From contig OY764216.1 in the NCBI GenBank assembly GCA_963668315.1, positions 1,088,001 to 1,152,000 on the forward strand: 64,000 nt of DNA, given 5' to 3'. The stretch's first letter is position 1, and each line of letters opens with the position of its first letter. Under the pieces are notes generated by a model that saw only the letters and a list, made by a program, of their open reading frames with translations, ran no database searches and was not told where the DNA came from. This document shows, piece by piece, positions 10,819 through 19,601 of this stretch. The translations under genes were made by a program, and so were the position numbers. The DNA is from Spirochaetia bacterium (GTDB lineage Bacteria; Spirochaetota; Spirochaetia; DSM-2461).

Positions 10819-10920
10819 GATAATAGAATAGCGTCGAAAAAGAGAAAAAGCAAATTGTTTTATCTATCGGATCCCGGGAACCCTATCTCCCTTCCGGGAG
10901 GGAGATTTCATTCAGGACGG

Positions 10921-12219
10921 CTATTCTCTCTCGTCCACTACCCTTATCGCTTTCCCTTCCTGCACCGGAAGCACGCCCGGTTCGTGAAGTTCTATCTGGG
11001 GATTGATCGTAATCGAGGCGCGGAGGTCATTTTTCAACCGTCCGATCAGGGCGTTCATTTTGCGTGAGTCATCGCTGAAAATGCCTTCATTCACTTCGGT
11101 CTGGATGATCAGCTGGTCCAGGGTCCCTTTCTTCCTGAGCAGAATGCGGTAGTTATTACCGATTTCGGGCATTTTCATGATGACTTCCTCAATCTGGCTG
11201 GGGAAGACATTCACACCGTTTATAATCATCATGTCGTCTGTCCGTCCGGTTATGCGGCTGATCCGTCTTCCCGTCCTCCCGCAGGGGCATTTCCCGGGGA
11301 TGATAGACGTCAGATCTTTGGTCCTGTAACGGAGGATCGGGGTGGCCGACCGGATGAGAATGGTAAGGACCAGTTCGCCTTCGGTCCCTTCCGGAACGGG
11401 CTGGAAGTTATGCCTGTCTATAATCTCCATGTAGTAGGAATCCTCCCAGAGGTGCATTCCGGTTTTTTCCTCACACTCGAAGGCCACGCTCGGGCCGTTC
11501 ATCTCTGAAAGGCCGTAGGAGTTGTAAGCCTGAATGCCCCAGAGCTCCTCTATTTTCTGGCGGACTTCCTCCGAATGGGGTTCCGCGCCTATCAGGGCTC
11601 TCTTCAGCTTGAAATCGGAGGGCTTATAACCGTATTCGGCCATCTTCCCGAACATATGCAGCATATAGCTGGGAGTGGCATGAACGACGGTCGTGCCGAA
11701 ATCCTTCATAAGTTTGTATTGACGGGCCGTGTTGCCGCTGGAAGCGGGAATAACCAGCATCCCCAGTTTTTCCGCCCCGTAATGAAGGCCGATACCCCCT
11801 GTAAAGAGACCGTAGGTCATCATATTCTGGAACACATCCCCCCTGTGGCAGCCTACGGCCATGAGGGAGCGGACCGTCATATCGGTCCAGTTGTCAAGGT
11901 CTTTCTGATTCAGATAGATGACCGTGGGATCTCCTGTCGTGCCGCTCGAAGCGTGCATCCGCACCACTTCGTCCATGGAACAGGAGAGCATTCCCGTCGG
12001 GTAGGCGTCGCGGAGATCATCTTTGGTGGTAAAGGGGATCTGCTCTATGTCTTTAAGGGACTTCAGATCTTCCGCAGAGGTCAGTCCGATTTTGCCCAGC
12101 CTTTCCCGGTAGAAAGGTGTCTTTAACGCATGGGATACGGTTCTTTTCAGCTGGAATAACTGAAGGGCCCGCAGTCCTTCTCTGTCCAGGGTTTCCAGTT
12201 CTTCGTTATGACATACCAT
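10921..12219 (-). CDS. paaK: Phenylacetate-CoA ligase family protein
   Basis: HASSGTTG, YGLFTGG, YGLSE, RYRTKD, GRTDDM..INGVNVFPSQIE. Confidence 0.88.
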   Translation of the reverse strand: MVCHNEELETLDREGLRALQLFQLKRTVSHALKTPFYRERLGKIGLTSAEDLKSLKDIEQIPFTTKDDLRDAYPTGMLSCSMDEVVRMHASSGTTGDPTVIYLNQKDLDNWTDMTVRSLMAVGCHRGDVFQNMMTYGLFTGGIGLHYGAEKLGMLVIPASSGNTARQYKLMKDFGTTVVHATPSYMLHMFGKMAEYGYKPSDFKLKRALIGAEPHSEEVRQKIEELWGIQAYNSYGLSEMNGPSVAFECEEKTGMHLWEDSYYMEIIDRHNFQPVPEGTEGELVLTILIRSATPILRYRTKDLTSIIPGKCPCGRTGRRISRITGRTDDMMIINGVNVFPSQIEEVIMKMPEIGNNYRILLRKKGTLDQLIIQTEVNEGIFSDDSRKMNALIGRLKNDLRASITINPQIELHEPGVLPVQEGKAIRVVDERE

Positions 12220-12277
12220 ATTAATTCTCCTCCGGGAAACGGTTGATTTCTAAGGGATACGGAATAGGGACTTCTAT

Positions 12278-12315
12278 AAAAAAAGAAGCTTTCCTGCCTG
12301 GGTCGGCGGGCTTCT
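12278..12315 (-). terminator. Probable terminator between the membrane-protein gene and paaK
   Basis: AGAAGC...GCTTCT imperfect stem followed by T7 on the minus strand. Confidence 0.5.
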
Positions 12316-12328
12316 GATTATATACCGA

Positions 12329-13153
12329 TTATCTCCAAAGGTAAAGCTTGTAAATACGATGAGAAAAAAGGATCGTCCCTGAGAGGAGGAGGATAAGTCC
12401 TCCCACGCAGCTGTAAAATGTCATGTAAAAAAGAAGCGTTTCCCCGGTTATACATAGAATGGTCGCCGTTGTCAAAATGAAATAGTCTATCGTTTTCCGC
12501 TGGTAGAAGAACCAGAGAAAATTAATGGGGATGATAAGTTTGATTATCAGGAAGAGGAAGAAAAGGCTCAGCTCGTTGACCGGCAGATAGGTGAGGGTAT
12601 TCTGGATGAAACGGCTGCTCACGGGGATTGTCGCTGCCAGGCCGAAGGAGACGACCAGAGCGAACGGGAAAAAGGGATCGCTTTTCTGGATTCGGTTGTC
12701 AAACACGGAAATTCCGGAAAGGAGGAGAAAAAGGAGGCCGCTGAACCGGAAGAATAAAACCGCCCGGCTTATCCGTACGGTTACACTGAAGGGAAGATGA
12801 TACCAGGCCGCCCCATAGCTGTAAAGCCGGATGGATATAAGGGAGAGGGAAAGAAGAAACAGCTGGAAATAGAAAATCTCCTGGGATGAGGAGTGACGGA
12901 AGCACAGAATAAGAACAAGAGAGGCAAGAAGGGGAAGGCTTGAGGACGCTCCATGGAGCAGCAGCAGCCGGCCGAAGGGAAGGGGAGAACCGTTGCCCGT
13001 GCCGAGCCATCTGCTCTGCCTTATAAGGGAGAGGGGATGGTATTGCTCCATTTCCTGAAGATGAACGGCGAGAAAATAGAGGATTATTCCATTAAGAATG
13101 ACGCTTAGAGCGAAGAGGCCCCAGATTGTTTTGTGTCTCGCCGAGAGAGTCAT
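12329..13153 (-). CDS. Hypothetical multi-pass membrane protein (about 7-8 TM)
   Basis: 274-aa ORF filling the gap between known genes, with many hydrophobic segments; no family recognised. Confidence 0.7.
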   Translation of the reverse strand: MTLSARHKTIWGLFALSVILNGIILYFLAVHLQEMEQYHPLSLIRQSRWLGTGNGSPLPFGRLLLLHGASSSLPLLASLVLILCFRHSSSQEIFYFQLFLLSLSLISIRLYSYGAAWYHLPFSVTVRISRAVLFFRFSGLLFLLLSGISVFDNRIQKSDPFFPFALVVSFGLAATIPVSSRFIQNTLTYLPVNELSLFFLFLIIKLIIPINFLWFFYQRKTIDYFILTTATILCITGETLLFYMTFYSCVGGLILLLSGTILFSHRIYKLYLWR

Positions 13154-13233
13154 GCCCGGGATTATACCATAAAAATCAAAAAAATCCGACTTTTTTCAAT
13201 AGCGATGCCGATATAAAAAAGAGGGGAGTAGGA

Positions 13234-15756
13234 GTGAGTAATCTCAAGATAGTATCGTGGAAAAACGTCGCGGTCTTCATTCTTTTGACCGGGGCCGGAG
13301 CATGCCTGAATATGATGAGTCTGAGTTTTGAACTGGGGCAGACTTTTTTCCTCGGAGGCATCGCCGTACTTCTCATCTTCATGACTCTTCCTTTTCCCTT
13401 TGCCCTTATCAGTGTTCTGCTGATCAATCTCCCCCTCTTCGGCAGCTGGCTTTTTTTCTTTTTTCCGGTATTTTCCCTCGGCGAACTTTTCTTTCTGTGG
13501 TTTGCACGGAGGAAGGGGATCCGTAATCTGGTGGGCGTGGATGGCCTCTTCTGGCTGTTTCCCGGCCTGCCTCTTATTTTCGCCCTGACCTCCCGGATCT
13601 ACGGCTTTGAACCGGGACTCTCCTTTGCCTTCTTCGCCGGAATAGCCGTCAACGGCATTATCTGCGTCACATCGGCTTCCATGCTGTACTACGGCTGGAT
13701 CCTATGTATAGCCAGAATCCTCAACAGGCCCAATGGCGTCGTCTTTTCCCTGAGAACCATACTATTCAATACGGTCGCCCTGGGAATACTTGTGATTTCT
13801 CTTCTGTTCTATGCCCTGGATAATGGCCGGTTTACCCACCGTTTCATGAATGAAACCGGCAGTATACTGGAGAGGGAAGCCGACAGAATCCTCAGTCTTG
13901 GAAATGAAGGGGGAAACGCCTCCTTTGTGGAATTCACTCCCCGGCCGGCCGCCTACCTGGAGGAAGGGGGATCCGTCCTCCGTAACCGTCCGGGCGAAGA
14001 TGGGCCCCTGGGAAAGAATGATTTACTCTGGGAGAGCGTGGAATCGGGACAATCGCTTTTTCTCACCTACGGAGAGAGAGAACACGACCTGCTGCCCTGG
14101 ATAGGAGCTCATGTCGTCTTTAGTAAGGATGTCATAGGAGCCAGACAGGGGTATCTTTTTCTCTCCTACCCGCTTGCTTACTCGGAGACTCCCGTAAAGA
14201 TCCATTACATTCGTACTATGGCCGTTTTTCTCGTGATTCTTTACGGAGCCTTTCTTCTGGCCCTGATACTCTCCCCTCTGCTGGCCGGACCGATTACGGA
14301 ACTGACCCGCATCGCCGAAGCATTGAGCCGGGAGGAAACGGAGGGCCTGGGGAAAATCCGATGGCCCGACAGCACGGTGGAAGAGATACATAATCTGGTG
14401 GATTTTTCCCAGAAGTCCTACGGCAATATGATTGAGCGCAACGTCCAGCTGACCTCTCTCAACCGGTCGCTGGAGTATTCCGCCTATTATGACGGGCTGA
14501 CGAAGCTTCCGAACCGGAACCTGTTTATCGACAAACTGGAAGAGATGATCCATGACGGGATGCATTTTGTTCTTGTTTTTACGGATCTCGACGGCTTCAA
14601 GATGATAAACGATACCTATGGGCACAGAATCGGTGACGTCATACTCATCGAATACGCCTTCCGTTTTTCCAATCTGGGGAAGTGCGATTTTGCCGCCCGG
14701 CTGGGGGGAGATGAGTTCGCCCTTCTTATTCCCGATGTGGAGACGACAGAACAGATTGAAGCACGTATGAAAGGGATGATGGAGAGGCTTATCCGCCCGA
14801 TAGATGTGGAAGGGGAGCTGCATTCCATCCATTCCAGCATCGGAGTGGCCCTCTGCCCTGAGCACGGGATGTCCGTCTCGGCTCTCCTGCGGAATGCCGA
14901 TCTGGCCATGTACAAGGTCAAGTCGGAAGGGAAGAACAACTGGCTCTTATATAACGAAGAGCTGAATAACACCCTAACCCAGTATGAAATGGAGATCGGC
15001 ATATACAAGGCCTTCGAACAGAAGCAGTTCGAGCTTTACTACCAGCCCCAGGTGGATATACGGACGGGCTCGATCGTCAGCCTGGAGGCTCTGATCCGCT
15101 GGAATCATCCCGAGAAGGGATTTATCTCTCCTTCCCTTTTCATCCCCCTGGCCGAGAGGATGGATATTATGATCCCCATCGGCTACTGGGTCATTGAAGA
15201 AGCGGCGAAGAAAGGAAAGGATCTGATCGACAGGGGATTCAGGGGCGTTATCTCGGTAAACGTTTCCCCGCGGCAGTTTTCGGAGACGAACTTTTTTCAT
15301 GCGACCCGGGAGATCCTGGAGAGAATCGGCCTGGAGCCCTGTTATTTCGGCATAGAAGTGACCGAGACCATGGTCATGGGCAATGTGAGTTTTACCAGCA
15401 GAATCATTTCCCAGTTCATGAAATACGGGGTCCGTGTCTCCATCGATGACTTCGGAACCGGCTATACTTCTCTGAGCCTCCTCCAGGATTTGAATGTCCA
15501 TACATTGAAAATCGATCAGACCTTTGTGGGCAAGGTGGGGCAGAGCAAGAAGAATGAGATTGTTCTGAACAATATCATCAAACTGACGAAAGAGCTGGAA
15601 ATGGACATCGTGGTGGAAGGGGTCGAAACGGAAGAGCAGAACAGTTTTTTCCTTGACCGGGCCTGTTACACCTCCCAGGGGTTTCTCTACCATAAGCCCC
15701 TCCCCTATGGAGAGCTGAAAGAGGTTCTCAGGCAGTCTTCCGAATTCCTCGGATAG
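13234..15756 (+). CDS. Membrane-bound GGDEF-EAL c-di-GMP cyclase/phosphodiesterase
   Basis: Multi-TM N-terminus, HAMP-like region, DGLTKLPNR, RLGGDEF, EALIRW, DDFGTGY. Start moved to GTG 13234 after GAGGGG. Confidence 0.9.
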   Translation: MSNLKIVSWKNVAVFILLTGAGACLNMMSLSFELGQTFFLGGIAVLLIFMTLPFPFALISVLLINLPLFGSWLFFFFPVFSLGELFFLWFARRKGIRNLVGVDGLFWLFPGLPLIFALTSRIYGFEPGLSFAFFAGIAVNGIICVTSASMLYYGWILCIARILNRPNGVVFSLRTILFNTVALGILVISLLFYALDNGRFTHRFMNETGSILEREADRILSLGNEGGNASFVEFTPRPAAYLEEGGSVLRNRPGEDGPLGKNDLLWESVESGQSLFLTYGEREHDLLPWIGAHVVFSKDVIGARQGYLFLSYPLAYSETPVKIHYIRTMAVFLVILYGAFLLALILSPLLAGPITELTRIAEALSREETEGLGKIRWPDSTVEEIHNLVDFSQKSYGNMIERNVQLTSLNRSLEYSAYYDGLTKLPNRNLFIDKLEEMIHDGMHFVLVFTDLDGFKMINDTYGHRIGDVILIEYAFRFSNLGKCDFAARLGGDEFALLIPDVETTEQIEARMKGMMERLIRPIDVEGELHSIHSSIGVALCPEHGMSVSALLRNADLAMYKVKSEGKNNWLLYNEELNNTLTQYEMEIGIYKAFEQKQFELYYQPQVDIRTGSIVSLEALIRWNHPEKGFISPSLFIPLAERMDIMIPIGYWVIEEAAKKGKDLIDRGFRGVISVNVSPRQFSETNFFHATREILERIGLEPCYFGIEVTETMVMGNVSFTSRIISQFMKYGVRVSIDDFGTGYTSLSLLQDLNVHTLKIDQTFVGKVGQSKKNEIVLNNIIKLTKELEMDIVVEGVETEEQNSFFLDRACYTSQGFLYHKPLPYGELKEVLRQSSEFLG

Positions 15757-15764
15757 GGCGCATC

Positions 15765-15791
15765 AAAAAAGGGAGCCCCGGAAGGCTCCCT
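15765..15791 (-). terminator. Rho-independent terminator between convergent genes
   Basis: AGGGAGCC-CCGGAA-GGCTCCCT with A6 on the left (T-run on the minus strand). Confidence 0.75.
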
Positions 15792-15809
15792 CTGACTTCT
15801 TGCTGATAT

Positions 15810-18017
15810 CTAGTAGTGCAGTCTCACGTCCAGTGATACGGAATAGGTGGCATCCGGATTTCCCTTGGAATCGTAAACGAGGTCACCCGATGTATCCCTT
15901 TCCAGAGCCGATGCCAGAACAAGGGCTATGTTCAGATAATCGGAAACGGGATAGACCACTTCTCCCGAAAAGGTTGTCTTTTCATCTATGAAGGACAGCC
16001 CGCCCCGGCCGACCGCGTCGGCAAAACCGGTTCGGGCGTATCCGATCGTTCCATAAACGCCGATGACGGGGATGACATTGGGCTTGAGGCTCAGGCTCAT
16101 CTGAAGGTAGTCATTCTCCGGTTCAAATCCTTCGCTTGTCCATAACCAGTTATATCCTGCGGAAAAATAGAGAATCTGGGCCAGGGTCATGCCGGCCTTT
16201 CCGTAGATACCCTGGCGGGGATCCACTTCATCGGCAGTATCGATATTATCCACATATGTCAGGATTTCCTTGATTCTCTCGCCCCGCATTTTATCATAGG
16301 TGCTGTTGTAAAAGCCGTGGTAGAAAACTCCGTCGGCGTACTGATATTCCAGTTTGTAATCCAGAATCAGCAGATTGCCCATCACGCCGGCAGAAGCGCC
16401 GTAGTTTCTGGGGAAGCTGTCATCATCAAGAAAATATTCCGTGCAGGGATCTCCGTCCACTATGGGGAACATGGACGCCACATCCGTATAGAACAGCATG
16501 GTGAGGGCCGGCCGTTCAATCAGGGGGAAATCCAGGTCCAGGGCAAAGTTCACCAGCATGGGGTCTCTGTCTATAAAGGACTGATCCATATCGGGATCAA
16601 GATCCTGTGCCGGATCCAGATCGGCGGCAGCGGAAAATCCCAGGGAGAGGGGGCCGAACAGTTTGAAAGCCAGCCTGGTTCCGATCACCTGGTTGAGGGG
16701 GCGGGAAAAATCTTCTCCCACCAGCTCGAAATCCCTTCTCTCGCCGTAGGCGCCCAGGTTCAGTCCCACCTTTCTTACCGCGGGGAATTCGGAATTGTTG
16801 TTGTAGTCGTTCATGAGGATGCCATGTCCCAGATTCACCCCGTTGTAGTTCCCGAAGGCGAAGTAGAAGGGATCCCGCTGTCTGCCCCATTTGAGGTATC
16901 GGATTTTCAGGAAAAGGTCCCCGAAGGCGTCGCTTAGGATATCCAGGGTGTCGTCCTGGTCCGTACCGAATGACCACTCATTGTTTCCGGCCGGTTTATA
17001 CCAGTCGTCGGGATCGAAAAGATTCTGGTTGTAGATAAAGGGGAGATAAAGGCTGGCTTCCAGTCTTCCCGCCTGGAAAGTCGGCTGGAACAGGAGTTTG
17101 GAATAGGTAACCCCGTCCACGGAGAAGGAGCCTACTTCCATGGCCAGTACGCCTCCAAGTATTCTCATGAGAGGATCGTCGCCGGGTTCCCCGTTAAGGG
17201 CCGGGGATGCGTCCTGCGGATCTCCCTCGCCCGCGGCGGTTTCGGCGGCCGGAGCTCCCGTGTCAGAGCTCATCGTTTCTTCGGATGCGGGTTCTTCTTC
17301 AGGGGCTTCCGCTGCAGCCGCTTCCGGCTCTTCGGCGGCCGGTTCCGCTTCCACGACAGGAGCCGCGTGGCCCGGGACGTCGGCCGGATTCAGCTGAACG
17401 AACTGCACATTCGAATAGAATCGGTTCATTTCATCCTGGGTCAGCCGGGACAGGGCGAAAATCTCCGCCGCTCCGTTCACCATGTTTCCCGTGGTGACCC
17501 GGAGGGTTTCCTCGGTGGCGGTTCTGGTGAAGTCCACCGCGCCGTCGGCAACGGCCAGAACATCGTCGGCGCTTAGTACGAAGTCGGTGCCCCTTATGCC
17601 GCAGATCGTATTCCGCGAAAAGAAGCTGTACCGGTCCTCCCTGTCGGTCAGTCTGGCGATAACCGCGCGGATTTTCCCATTCTTCACAGAGATATTGCTG
17701 GAGCCGACCGATCCCTTCTGAAGGGTATCAATGGACATCAGCGTCTCCCGGGCAATTTTAAGAATGGAGCCGCTCGGTTCCAGCCGAAGTTCCGCCGAAG
17801 TGGCTCCCGTCCGCAGGGAGGAACCGGCGGGAATGTCCATTCCCAGATAGACATCGAGAAGATTGCCCGCCCCGTCGGTAACGGTCATGGCCGTCTCGTC
17901 GTCGGCATAGACCAGCACGCCCCGGGGATCGCCGGAGGTCAGATCCTGAGCCTGAATGAAGAAGAGAGAGAGGGCAAATAACAGCCCCGTCAGAACTAAT
18001 TTATTAGGAAATTTCAT
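15810..18017 (-). CDS. Secreted FecR-domain protein with acidic linker and a C-terminal putative outer-membrane beta-barrel
   Basis: Signal peptide; FecR-like LRTGATSAELRL...ICGIRGTDF; Ala/Glu/Pro linker; amphipathic strands ending in ...SLDVRLHY. Confidence 0.7.
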   Translation of the reverse strand: MKFPNKLVLTGLLFALSLFFIQAQDLTSGDPRGVLVYADDETAMTVTDGAGNLLDVYLGMDIPAGSSLRTGATSAELRLEPSGSILKIARETLMSIDTLQKGSVGSSNISVKNGKIRAVIARLTDREDRYSFFSRNTICGIRGTDFVLSADDVLAVADGAVDFTRTATEETLRVTTGNMVNGAAEIFALSRLTQDEMNRFYSNVQFVQLNPADVPGHAAPVVEAEPAAEEPEAAAAEAPEEEPASEETMSSDTGAPAAETAAGEGDPQDASPALNGEPGDDPLMRILGGVLAMEVGSFSVDGVTYSKLLFQPTFQAGRLEASLYLPFIYNQNLFDPDDWYKPAGNNEWSFGTDQDDTLDILSDAFGDLFLKIRYLKWGRQRDPFYFAFGNYNGVNLGHGILMNDYNNNSEFPAVRKVGLNLGAYGERRDFELVGEDFSRPLNQVIGTRLAFKLFGPLSLGFSAAADLDPAQDLDPDMDQSFIDRDPMLVNFALDLDFPLIERPALTMLFYTDVASMFPIVDGDPCTEYFLDDDSFPRNYGASAGVMGNLLILDYKLEYQYADGVFYHGFYNSTYDKMRGERIKEILTYVDNIDTADEVDPRQGIYGKAGMTLAQILYFSAGYNWLWTSEGFEPENDYLQMSLSLKPNVIPVIGVYGTIGYARTGFADAVGRGGLSFIDEKTTFSGEVVYPVSDYLNIALVLASALERDTSGDLVYDSKGNPDATYSVSLDVRLHY

Positions 18018-18026
18018 GTCAGCCTC

Positions 18027-19448
18027 CTAGTTTGTTGCTATGGTCGTCATCAGCTTGGCCGATGTGTCGAATTCATCGGTAGACGGATTGTACCGGAAAT
18101 CGTATCCAAGGGTTATGACCGCCGGTCCGGTTCGGTAATTGACGGCGGCGCCGATGACGGCTCCCACCGGATGAAACGTATCCGGGAAGGAGGTAATGTA
18201 TTTCTTGTCGTAATAGGCATCCAGGGAGACATTGGGGATAATTCCCTCTCCCAGGGTGAACATCATGGCCACGTGGGGGAACTGGGCTTCGCTGTAGTTC
18301 AGCTTGTCCTCTTCGTCCGTGGTGGGTACTCCGTCGAAGGGGCCTTCAATCATGGCGTTGAAAACGATGGTATCCTGCAGCAGGGAGAATCCCGTGGAGG
18401 CCAGCCATCCCACCATGGCGGGAGAACCGCTGACGGCTCCGGAAAGAACGGCATATTTCTGGGCCCGGTAGAGGTCGTAGGATCGATCGAAATAGGTAGG
18501 AATGAAGTTTTCGCCCAGTATGCGAATCTGAGCGGTGTAGGGAATGACTTTGATCAGTCTTCCCCCGAATCCGATCATTTCTCCCGTGGCCGTGTCGCTG
18601 TTGTCCCCGGTCCCCGGCTGGGCGGCGAAGGCGGTAAAAGCGGCCAGATTGATAATCTCATTGGAAAGGAGGGGCTGAATCAGGTCGGCTCCCCATGTCA
18701 GGGCCGTATCGATGGGGGTCGTCAGCTTATCTCCGCTGACGGAGTAGATTGTATCGAGCTCGGTAAAATACTCCTCCCTGTAGGCCGGATCTCTGTCGGC
18801 GGCTATGGTAAAGCCCACTTCCAGGTTCTGGAGCAGCCGGTTCTCCGACAGAATGAGAGGTCTCAGGAAAAGGCGTGATCCCACCACATCCATGGCGGCC
18901 ATGTTTCCCACGAAGGTTTCGATTCCCAGCAGGGGAAAGTTGACCAGAGCCCCGTCAAAGTCAAGGGCCAGTCCCAGGAGGCGGCTATCGGGCAGAAACA
19001 TGGTATTGGCGTAGTTTCCCATAATGAAGCCCGTTCCCAGGGTCCCGTTGTTTATGGAGCCGAACTGGGCATAGAGGGGATCTCCCTTCCGGCCGTATCT
19101 CACATAGGCGAATTTGGAGAGGTAGAGCTCCAGCCAGGCGCTCAGGGTATCGTCCTCAGGCACCCAGTCCTCGTCTCTGAAGTAAAGAAACTCACCCCCG
19201 GAGCCTGAACGGACATGGAAAGAGAGGTCAAGGGCCACGCCCCATTTCCCTATGGAAAATTCCGGGAGAACTCCGATCTTCTGATAGGATATCTCCTCCC
19301 CGTCTGCGCCGTCGTTGAATGTCTGGACTCCCAGCCCGATTCCCATATTGAAAGCAAAGGCTGAGTCTTCCCCTTCCTGTGCCGAGAGAACCGGGGGAGC
19401 TAAAAAGAGGGCTGTTATGATGATTAACCAAGTGTGCCTTATTTTCAT
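18027..19448 (-). CDS. Secreted putative outer-membrane beta-barrel protein, paralogous to the C-terminal part of 15810-18017
   Basis: Signal peptide; YVRYGRKGDPLYAQFG..NGTLGTGFIMGNY matches YLKWGRQRDPFYFAFG..GVNLGHGILMNDY in the neighbour. Confidence 0.65.
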   Translation of the reverse strand: MKIRHTWLIIITALFLAPPVLSAQEGEDSAFAFNMGIGLGVQTFNDGADGEEISYQKIGVLPEFSIGKWGVALDLSFHVRSGSGGEFLYFRDEDWVPEDDTLSAWLELYLSKFAYVRYGRKGDPLYAQFGSINNGTLGTGFIMGNYANTMFLPDSRLLGLALDFDGALVNFPLLGIETFVGNMAAMDVVGSRLFLRPLILSENRLLQNLEVGFTIAADRDPAYREEYFTELDTIYSVSGDKLTTPIDTALTWGADLIQPLLSNEIINLAAFTAFAAQPGTGDNSDTATGEMIGFGGRLIKVIPYTAQIRILGENFIPTYFDRSYDLYRAQKYAVLSGAVSGSPAMVGWLASTGFSLLQDTIVFNAMIEGPFDGVPTTDEEDKLNYSEAQFPHVAMMFTLGEGIIPNVSLDAYYDKKYITSFPDTFHPVGAVIGAAVNYRTGPAVITLGYDFRYNPSTDEFDTSAKLMTTIATN

Positions 19449-19601
19449 TATCTATCTCCTGTCACTACCTATTATAGAGTAATTTTCCCGTGAGAACCAT
19501 ATTTCGGGAAGTTCCTTTATGAAACGCCCTTATATTTCAGGGAAAATACCGTTTTCTTTTGCCAAAATAAGGATTTAGCTGTATATTATTGAGGGAGGGG
19601 G

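Noticed and set aside
10921..12219. paaK as part of an aerobic phenylacetate catabolic cluster
   Set aside because: No other paa genes are nearby; solitary PaaK-like ligases are common in anaerobes.
13207..13214. GCCGATAT resembling a sigma28 -10 before the GGDEF-EAL gene
   Set aside because: No TAAA/TCAA -35 at the expected spacing; not supportable alone.
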